Below are positions 28,915 to 37,116 of a stretch of 64,000 nucleotides of DNA, piece after piece. Numbering within the stretch: position 1 is the first letter of the stretch; every line of letters starts with the position of its first letter. The stretch is from contig OZ255842.1 of the NCBI GenBank assembly GCA_965277805.1, positions 4,992,001 to 5,056,000 on the forward strand, given 5' to 3'. The notes beneath the pieces were generated by a model, which did not search any database, was not told the DNA's origin, and saw only the letters and a program-made list of their open reading frames with translations. Both the position numbers and the translations under genes were made by a program. This DNA comes from Candidatus Lustribacter sp. (GTDB lineage Bacteria > Vulcanimicrobiota > Vulcanimicrobiia > Vulcanimicrobiales > Vulcanimicrobiaceae).

Positions 28915-29095
28915 CCTTAACTTCCTCAAATGGCCACCGTCCGAGGCAAAATGTATTAACAAAGTTTGAGGATCTGCGGCAGGCACGGTCAGACTTTTTT
29001 AATAAGTTTGAGTCCTGGCTCCCTCGTCTTTTCGAGGTGTCCTGGACGCCTCTTAAGCGTCCAAGGCTTTGCCATATTTTCCACTTAGGAGCATC
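28915..29095 (+). promoter_or_regulatory. AT-rich control region upstream of the TBDR island
   Basis: Markedly lower GC; direct repeat AAGTTTGAG at 28962 and 29004; leader hairpin 29041-29066; AGGAG SD. Confidence 0.5.
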
Positions 29096-29098
29096 TAC

Positions 29099-32000
29099 GT
29101 GCGCACATTTATCCGTGCTGCGCTCGCCTCGATGATCGCAGTGGCCTTTTTCGTCGGACCCGTTAGCGCGGCGACGACTTCGGCCATCACGGTTGCCCAG
29201 GCGAACTCAACGGGGACGGTTTCCGGTCAAGTGCTCGGCGATAACGGCAATGCCGTTAGCGGCGCGAACGTCTTGTTCGACGGACCCCAGCGGCAAACGA
29301 CAACCACCGACGACTCCGGAAATTTCACCGTTTCGGTGGCCCCGGGTCTCTACACCGTTACCGTCACGAAGGGCGGCTTTCAAACCGGCTCTTCGCAGGT
29401 AACGGTCGCCCCCGGCACCACGACCAACGTGAACGTCGCGTTGACCGCGGCGAACTTGAGCAACCTCAACGTCATCGGCCGGACCTCGGCAACCGGCGGC
29501 GGCAACGCAGCGCGGTTCAACATTTCTTCATCACAGCAACAGGTGGTCACTCAGCAGCAAATCATCGAGCGCAACACGCCCGATCTGACATCCGTGCTGC
29601 AAGAGCTGCCCGGCGTCACGATCCCGCGCGCGACGTCGAACCCCAACCAAAGCTTCATCATTCATGGCCTGCGCTATGAAACGAAGACGGAAATCGACGG
29701 CCATCCGGTTTCATCCGGCACCGCGGGTACGTTCTTGACGAACTACACGGCAGCTCCGATCTTCGGCGGCGTCGACGTTTTGAGCGGCATGGGTCTCAAC
29801 GGTCCGACGGCGGCTGAAGCCGGCGCCGGCATCGTCAACCTGCGCACGCCGAACTTCACGGCGAAGGATTCCGGCTTCTTGCAGGGCGGCCTAGACAACT
29901 ACGGCGGCTCGATCTATACCGCGCTCGCCGATATCAACATCGGCAACAAGGTCTCGGTCATTCTCGGGCGGTCGTTCAGCGGCTACCGCGGGCCCACGTA
30001 TGCAACGCAACAAGCCGACTACACCGGGGCGACGCCCGCTTACGGCACGTACGGACCGGCGAGCCTCGCCAACGGCATCGTGCAGTACATCGGCGACTTC
30101 AGCAACACGTACATGCTGAATTCGGAGCTCGCGAAGGCGCGCTTCTCGTTCTCGGACGCAACCTCGTTGACGCTCGAATTCCTGGGCCTGCAAGGCGGAT
30201 TCAACCCGCAGGGCGGAGCTTACGGCCAGTACATCGGCATGCTCACCGTGCCGACGTGTATCAATAGCAACAGGGCCGCGAACGGCGCGGGCTGCAGCAA
30301 CCTTTCGCAATATAACAGCCCGGGAGCTCAAAGCCTCATCGGCAGCACGATTCCCGTCTACGGATTCTATCCGGGTTCGTTCGTCGCGCAGAATCAGCCG
30401 AACTTCAACGCCGACTTCAAGACGACGATCGGCAACGACACGCTGCTGTTCCGTCCCTACACGGCGGCGATCAACCGCCTCATCGACGGCACGCAAGAAA
30501 GCAACATCCCCGGAGACGCCGGCGGCGGCTGGTATCAGGTGACCAACACCGCAAACTGCCAAGCGACCTTCGTGAAGCCGGCGGGCAACTCGTTCGCCTC
30601 CGGCCCGTGTTTCGCAGCGAATGCGACGCCGATTGCGGCGTACGTCGGCACCGCCAACACGACTCCGGTGACGTTCGCAACGACCACCACGGCGCCGGTT
30701 TGCACGGTTACGACGCCGTGCTACACCACGGCCACCGGCCTCAACAACTCGGGTCAAACCGGTTTCGGTTCGCCGTACACGACCCTCGAGATCGACAAGC
30801 TGGCCGGTTACACGTTCAGCTACATCCATCCGGTTGGAGCGAATACGTATAACCTCAGTTTCGACCACTACTACGATGATACGACCGATTACATCAACGA
30901 CGACTCGCCGCTTACGGCGGGATGTACGTTCGTGCTCGGCAGCGGGATCGCGAACACGCCCGGCGCACCGGGATATCAAGCGTCGTGTCCGCTCTCCACG
31001 CTGCGGCCTTCACCGATCAGCGTGCCGGAGACGTTCACGTCGGTCAGCTCCTTGGCGGCAACCGGCCAGTTCCAGTTGACGTCGAAGCTTGAATTCGACG
31101 CCGGTCTGTATTTCACGCACTATCTGATCAACGCGCAGCAACTCAATCCGGCCGTCTACGCGGCTTACCTCGCAACCATCACGCCCGCGACCAGCGCGTA
31201 TGCCGGCGGCGTGCCGATCGTCCTCAGCGGCATCCAAAATTCCGCTTCGCACTTCGATCCGCGCGTCGGTCTCGTGTTCCGCCCCGATCGCGACTGGAGT
31301 ATCCGCTTCTCGGCCGGCTCGGCCTTGTCGATCCCGTACGCGCAGCTCGTCTCGGGCTTCGCGACCTATCAGCAAGGCTCGACGAGCATCACCCAGCAAA
31401 CGCCCAACCCGAACCTGCTTCCGGAAGAAATCGTGACGATGGACCTCGGTTCGAGTCTGCGGTTGCCCGACGGCACGATCTTGGACGGCGATATCTATAA
31501 CACGGTCGTCCACAACCCGTGGATCAACCCGCACGTCCAGGTTTGCAATAGCCAACCCTCGTGCGCGGTCGCGTTCCCGGGGCTCGAGCAGACCTCGCTC
31601 GGGTACACCTCGCTCTTTGTCAACGGCGCGCAACAGTACGCGCAAGGCATCGACTTCTCCATCACCAACGAGCCGAAAGTCGGCTTTGGTTACCGGGTAA
31701 ACTCCTCATTCGAGCGTCTGTACTATCTCGGTACCAACCCGGCGTACCTCGCAACGCCGCAGCCGTACTTCAACGGCAATCAGTTCCAGAGCACGGGTTC
31801 GACGAGCACGTCGGTTCCCTACGCGAAAGCCTATGCCGAAATCCAGTACGCCGGTCCGGATCAGTCACTGTTCCGCATCGGCACCGACTTCGAAGGCAAG
31901 AACAACGAGTACAACGCTCCGCCGTTCTTTATCTTTGACGCCGGTTTCCAGGTCAACACCGGCTTCCACGGCGTCCTGTTCGGGGCGTCCGCGGAGAACT

Positions 32001-32173
32001 TGTTCAATACGAACCAAGCCCTCCTCGGCCGCGGCATCGAGTATGCCGGTACGCAACCGATCAACGGAACCGCTGCTCCGGGTGGCTACACCTACTCGGT
32101 CGGCACTTACAATACGGCTCTCGTTGCGCCCCCGCCGTTCACGGTGCGGGCAACGCTCACGAAGAAGTTCTAG
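29099..32173 (+). CDS. TonB-dependent-receptor-like outer membrane protein 1
   Basis: Signal peptide; carboxypeptidase-regulatory-like domain (GTVSG.V....G.AV.GA.V); plug-like L.ELPGV and IDG.PV; LLPEE; C-terminal Phe (TKKF). GTG start after AGGAG. Confidence 0.8.
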   Translation: MRTFIRAALASMIAVAFFVGPVSAATTSAITVAQANSTGTVSGQVLGDNGNAVSGANVLFDGPQRQTTTTDDSGNFTVSVAPGLYTVTVTKGGFQTGSSQVTVAPGTTTNVNVALTAANLSNLNVIGRTSATGGGNAARFNISSSQQQVVTQQQIIERNTPDLTSVLQELPGVTIPRATSNPNQSFIIHGLRYETKTEIDGHPVSSGTAGTFLTNYTAAPIFGGVDVLSGMGLNGPTAAEAGAGIVNLRTPNFTAKDSGFLQGGLDNYGGSIYTALADINIGNKVSVILGRSFSGYRGPTYATQQADYTGATPAYGTYGPASLANGIVQYIGDFSNTYMLNSELAKARFSFSDATSLTLEFLGLQGGFNPQGGAYGQYIGMLTVPTCINSNRAANGAGCSNLSQYNSPGAQSLIGSTIPVYGFYPGSFVAQNQPNFNADFKTTIGNDTLLFRPYTAAINRLIDGTQESNIPGDAGGGWYQVTNTANCQATFVKPAGNSFASGPCFAANATPIAAYVGTANTTPVTFATTTTAPVCTVTTPCYTTATGLNNSGQTGFGSPYTTLEIDKLAGYTFSYIHPVGANTYNLSFDHYYDDTTDYINDDSPLTAGCTFVLGSGIANTPGAPGYQASCPLSTLRPSPISVPETFTSVSSLAATGQFQLTSKLEFDAGLYFTHYLINAQQLNPAVYAAYLATITPATSAYAGGVPIVLSGIQNSASHFDPRVGLVFRPDRDWSIRFSAGSALSIPYAQLVSGFATYQQGSTSITQQTPNPNLLPEEIVTMDLGSSLRLPDGTILDGDIYNTVVHNPWINPHVQVCNSQPSCAVAFPGLEQTSLGYTSLFVNGAQQYAQGIDFSITNEPKVGFGYRVNSSFERLYYLGTNPAYLATPQPYFNGNQFQSTGSTSTSVPYAKAYAEIQYAGPDQSLFRIGTDFEGKNNEYNAPPFFIFDAGFQVNTGFHGVLFGASAENLFNTNQALLGRGIEYAGTQPINGTAAPGGYTYSVGTYNTALVAPPPFTVRATLTKKF

Positions 32174-32198
32174 AACTTCTAGAGTCCTAGTCCAGCGG

Positions 32199-32230
32199 AA
32201 AGCCCGCCGTCATTGCGACGGCGGGCTTTT
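32199..32230 (+). terminator. Intrinsic terminator
   Basis: AAAGCCCGCCGTC-attgc-GACGGCGGGCTTTT. Confidence 0.85.
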
Positions 32231-32384
32231 CGAGTTAAGAAAGCCATAATGGCCTTCAGGCAATTCGTACGTCTGCTCTATATGGTACCGACAGAGTTCA
32301 GAAATTGCACAGTAGCGGCGCCTTCTTTGGGCCTCGCTGTGTTTCCGTACTCCTTCACTCACTTCGTACCATCAAGGAGCATTC

Positions 32385-35300
32385 GTGCGCACCTTCATTC
32401 GTGCGGCACTCGCTTCGCTCGTATCTTTGGTCATGCTCGCCGGACCCGTTAGCGCGGCGACGAGCCAGACCGTCACCGTAGCGCAAGCGATCCAAACGGG
32501 AACCCTTACCGGCAATGTTGCCGGCGACACCGGCGCGGCCATTGCGAACGCGCAAGTCGTCATCGACGGCGCGGGACAGCATCAGACCGTCACCACCGAC
32601 GACAGCGGCAATTTCACGGCGAACCTGCCGGCCGGTCTGTATACGGTCACCGTCGCCAAGGGCGGCTATCAGACCGGTTCGAGTGACGTCACCGTTGCAC
32701 CGGGCACGTCCGTCAGCGTTAACGTCGCGCTGACCCCGGCCACACTCAGCAACCTCGGCGTCATCGGCCGGACGAGTTCGACTGCGGGCGCCGCAGCGAA
32801 GTTCGACATCTCATCGACGCCGACGCAAACGATCACTCAAGATCAGATCCTCGAGCGCGATACGCCCGACCTGACGGCGGTGCTGCAAGAGCTGCCGGGC
32901 GTCACGATCCCGCGCGCGACCTCGAATCCCAACCAAAGCTTCGTCGTGCGCGGCATGCGGTTCGAAACGAAGACGACGCTCGACGGTCACCCGGTTTCGT
33001 CGGGTACCCTCGGCGCGTTCTTGACGAACTATACGGCGTCGGGCATTTTCAGCAGCGTCGACGTCGTGAAGGGTGCCGGTTTGACCGGTGCCCTCGGCGG
33101 CGAATCGGGCATCGGTACCGTCAACTTGCACACGCCGGACTTCGGTAAGAACAGTGCGTACTTGCAAGGCGGCTTCGATAATTACGGCGGTACGACGTAC
33201 AACGCGATCGTCAAGCTGAACTTTTTACAGAACGACAAGCTCTCGTTCGTGTTCGGCCGCACCTTCGACGGTTATCGCGGACCGACGTACGGCGTCAACG
33301 AGCCCAACTTCACCGGCGGCACGCCGGCACTGGGAACGTTCAGTCCGCCGTCGGGTTTGACCAACGACATCATCTCGTACTACACCGACTTCAGCGACAC
33401 GTACAGCCTCAACGCCGAACTCGCAAAAATGCGCTACAAGTTCTCCGATGCGACGTCGCTGGCGTTCGAGTACTTGGGACTGCAAGGGCGTTTCGATCCG
33501 CAAGGCGGCGCCTACGGCCAATTCCTCGGCTACGCCAACGTGCCGCTCTGTCTCAACGGCGCGAGCGCGACTGCCACGACGTTCACGGTTCCCGGCACCA
33601 CCGCCGCGGCATGCGGTGCGGCGTCGGAATACAACACACCGGCCGCCGGAGCGCTCGGCCTGATCGGTGCGGGAAACACGCCGCTCTACGCGTTCTTCCC
33701 CGGTTCCGACGTGCGGCAGAACGCGCCGAACTTCAATGCGGAGTTCAAGACGACGCTCGGCAACGACACGATCCTGTTCCGTCCCTACACGGCGGCGATC
33801 AACCGTCTGATCGACGGCACGCAAGAAAACCAAGTCCCCGGCGACGCCGGCGCGTGGTTCGAAGTCACGAACTCGGCCAACTGTACGGCGGCATCGCATC
33901 TCCCCGGCGCCAACGGCACCATTCCCGCCGGCGGAACGACCGGGCCGTGTTTTGCTTCGAACGTTCTTCCTGGCGCGGCATACATCGTCGATCCGAATAC
34001 GCCGCACGTGTTCGCGACGACGGCTACACCGCTGGTCTGCACCGTTGCGACGCCGTGTTTCACGACGTCGACCGCGCAGAACAACGTCGGCCAGTATGGG
34101 TATGGCGCACCCTTCACGACGCTCGAGGTCGACAAGCTGTTCGGCTATACGTTCAGCTACATCCACCCCGTCGGCGCGAACGTCTTCAGCGCGACCTTCG
34201 ACCATTATCTCGATGACGCGACCGACCTCATCAACGACACCTCGCCGCTTGCGCCCGGTTGTTCGTTCGTGATCGGTTCGGGCGTCGCAAATACGCCCGG
34301 CGCGCCGGGTTCACAGGCGACCTGTCCGCTGACGGCGCTGCGTCCTTCACCGATCAGCGTACCGGAAACGCTCTCGTCGGTCAGCTCGCTCTCGCTGAGC
34401 GCGCAGATCCAGGTCACCTCGAAACTCGAGGCCGATTTCGCGGGCTACTTCACCTACTACAATATCGGCGCACAGCAAGAGAACCCCGCGGTGGCAGCGA
34501 TGTTCAACGCGCTCTTGGCGCCGTCGGGCCGCACCGGTGCGACACCGATCGTGCTATCGCCCGTCGTCAACTCGGCGTCGCACTTCGATCCGCACTTCGG
34601 CCTCGAGTACCGCCCGAACCGCGACCTCGCGTTCCGTTTTACGGCGGGTTCGTCGATGTCGATTCCCTATGCCTCGCTCGTATCGGGTTTCACCACGTAC
34701 GCGCAAGGTTCAACCAGCACGACGGTGACGACGCCGAATGCGGCGCTGCTGCCGGAGAAATCGTCAGCCTCGACCTCGGTGCCGATTGGCGCACGCCCGA
34801 CGGCACCGTGCTCTCGGGCGACATCTATAACGACGTGATCCACAACCCGTGGGTTCAGCCGAAAGTGCTGATCTGCCCGGGCGGCCCGGGCTGCAACGGT
34901 GGCGCGCTGGCCGGTCTCGAGCCGTCGCTCGCGACCTATACTCAGCAGACCGTCAACGGCGCACAACAGTACGCGCAAGGCATCGAGTTCTCGATCACGC
35001 ACGAACCCGCGGTCGGTTTCGGCTATCGCATCAACACCGCGTTCGAACGCAACTACTACTTGGACATGTCGCCGTCGTTCTTCCCGGCCGGCACGCCGGC
35101 GGTGGGCGCGACTCCGGCCGTTCCGGGTGCACCCCAGACGTTCTTCGACGGCAACCAATTCCAAAGCACGGGTTCGGGCAGCACGTCGGTCCCCTATGCC
35201 AAGGGATACGCCGAAATTCAGTACGCCACCAGCAACAAGGGACTGATCCGCTTCGGTGCCGACTACGAAGGCAACAACAACGAGTACAACGCGCCGGCGT

Positions 35301-35551
35301 TCTTCATCTTCGATGCGGGCGCCCGAGTGAACACCGGGTTCCATGACGTGCTCGCGGGCGTTGCCATCGAGAACCTCACGAACATGAACTTCGGCGCACA
35401 ACTGGGCCGCGGCGTTGAATTCCAAGGCGTCACGCCGATCGTGGCAGTCGCAACCCCCACCGGCTACGCCTACAGCAAGGGAACGTTCAACACGGCAATC
35501 GTCTCGCCGGGACCGTTCACGATGCGCTTCACGCTTACCAAGCAGTTCTAG
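32385..35551 (+). pseudogene. TBDR-like protein 2, paralogue of TBDR1, split by a 1-nt deletion near 34756 (pseudogene or sequencing error)
   Basis: Colinear with TBDR1 through ORF 32385-34838 and then ORF 34259-35551; reads CCG GAGAAATCGTC where TBDR1 has CCG GAA GAA ATC GTG; ends TKQF. Confidence 0.8.
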
Positions 35552-35575
35552 TTACCGGCGTTTCGCTCAGGAGAA

Positions 35576-35616
35576 GATGGGCTCGTCGCACCTCGGTGCG
35601 GCGGGCCTGTTCTTTT
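35576..35616 (+). terminator. Probable intrinsic terminator
   Basis: GGGCTCGTCGCACC/GGTGCGGCGGGCCT stem (with G-U pairs) followed by TTCTTTT. Confidence 0.65.
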
Positions 35617-35809
35617 GTCCAATCGCCGCTTCTCCACAGATTCACTAAGATTGCCGACGTTAGCAGGCTCTAAGTAGCTGTGGAAAAAAGCCGGGCAAGG
35701 GCCGTTCCCTGGGACGTTCCTTAAACTGCTATTCACCTTACTCCAGCATCATTGCGAACGGTCCGGCAGCCGGCCGGACATTCGCCCTTATGCTTTCCGA
35801 GGATTCTCG

Positions 35810-37078
35810 ATGCGCTTTCCCTTCGCGCTATCTGCCGCAGCCGTTGTTGCCATTGCAATCGCTGCATGTTCTGGTGGACAGCAGGTCCCCTACACTGCCC
35901 CGCCGTCCGGTAGCGCCGTTGCCTCGCCCGGACCGCTTGCGCTGACGGGCTATGGGCAAGCGCAGTCGGTCGGAACGGCGAGCGGCATTACCGGCACGCT
36001 GACGTATGTCGGCGGCACGGGCACCGTGACCGCGTCATCAAGCGCGACGGCGCCCGCGGGAACGACGACTGTTTCTCCGGTCGACAGAATTCGCGTCGAA
36101 GCGACGACGAGTCCCACGAGCCCGAACGTCTACTACGTGACGATTTCGAGCACGGCGGGTGCTACGCTGAACGGGCTGCCCCAAGTCAATTTGATGCTGG
36201 CATCGCCGGCGGTCGGGACGTTCCAAGAGGCCCAATTCAGCGGCGGCACCTGGGCGAATATCGCAGGTGCGACGCCCACGACGAACTCTGCCGGAACGGC
36301 CGTAACATTTCCGGCAACCACGAAGCCGGTTACGATTCCAGCGGGCGGATCGATTTATCTCGCTTTCTATCAAGGAACGTATCCGCAAGCGACGCCGGCC
36401 GGACAGCTCGCTAACAACGTTCTCGCTGATCCCGGCTTCGAGAATACGGCCGGCGCGTATGGCTCTGCGGTGACGTCGACGGGGTGGACCGTTTGCTCGA
36501 TCACCGCGGCGGCAGGCACCGCAGCGCCTCCGGCAAGCCGGCCGTTCTCGACCTTTACGCCAATTCCGGGCTCCGCGCCGGGCGCCGCCATCGAAGCAAA
36601 CGGCACGTCGGTTCCGCAAGGGACGGGGACCCCGCATCCGACGCAGACGACCGTACCGGTTCATAGCGGTAACAGTGCCGCTGTATTCGGCGGCGTGTTC
36701 TCGACGTATGCGATGGCAGACTACGCCTACAACGGGCTTTGCCAACAAGTGAAGATTCCGAGTAATCCGGCTGCATCGCTCTATGTATGGGCCAACGGAA
36801 CGGAAAACTCGCTGGCCTACCTTGGCTTCGATGTAGACGTGCTCGACACGACCGGCAAATTCATGGCCAATCTCGTGGATGAAAATCAGATCGCCCTGAC
36901 GCCGCCCGGCGATTCCGCGTGGCGCCAGCTCACGATTCCCACCAGTTCGTTGTCGGCCTATAGCGGACAAACCGTCGAGATATTCGTCGGCATCTGGACC
37001 AAGGCGGGCAGCACATCGAACTCGACGACGTTTAGCGGTCTCTACTTCGTCGATGACTTCAATATCACGGGATCCTAA
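35810..37078 (+). CDS. Ser/Thr/Pro-rich lipoprotein with C-terminal carbohydrate-binding-like domain
   Basis: Lipobox IAAC; NVLADPGFE..GW..HSG...CQQV.IP...FVDD resembles CBM4/9-like jelly-roll domains. Confidence 0.65.
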   Translation: MRFPFALSAAAVVAIAIAACSGGQQVPYTAPPSGSAVASPGPLALTGYGQAQSVGTASGITGTLTYVGGTGTVTASSSATAPAGTTTVSPVDRIRVEATTSPTSPNVYYVTISSTAGATLNGLPQVNLMLASPAVGTFQEAQFSGGTWANIAGATPTTNSAGTAVTFPATTKPVTIPAGGSIYLAFYQGTYPQATPAGQLANNVLADPGFENTAGAYGSAVTSTGWTVCSITAAAGTAAPPASRPFSTFTPIPGSAPGAAIEANGTSVPQGTGTPHPTQTTVPVHSGNSAAVFGGVFSTYAMADYAYNGLCQQVKIPSNPAASLYVWANGTENSLAYLGFDVDVLDTTGKFMANLVDENQIALTPPGDSAWRQLTIPTSSLSAYSGQTVEIFVGIWTKAGSTSNSTTFSGLYFVDDFNITGS

Positions 37079-37116
37079 TCGTGGCCATTAACGCACCTCG
37101 CCCTCAAGGAACGCTC

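Noticed and set aside
28940-29000. c-di-GMP-I-like GGCAAA...CAAAG upstream of TBDR1
   Set aside because: No GNRA-capped P2 stem or tetraloop receptor; the resemblance is superficial.
32163-32180. Perfect palindrome AGAAGTTCTAGAACTTCT over the TBDR1 stop codon
   Set aside because: Single occurrence next to a conventional terminator, with no support for a separate function.
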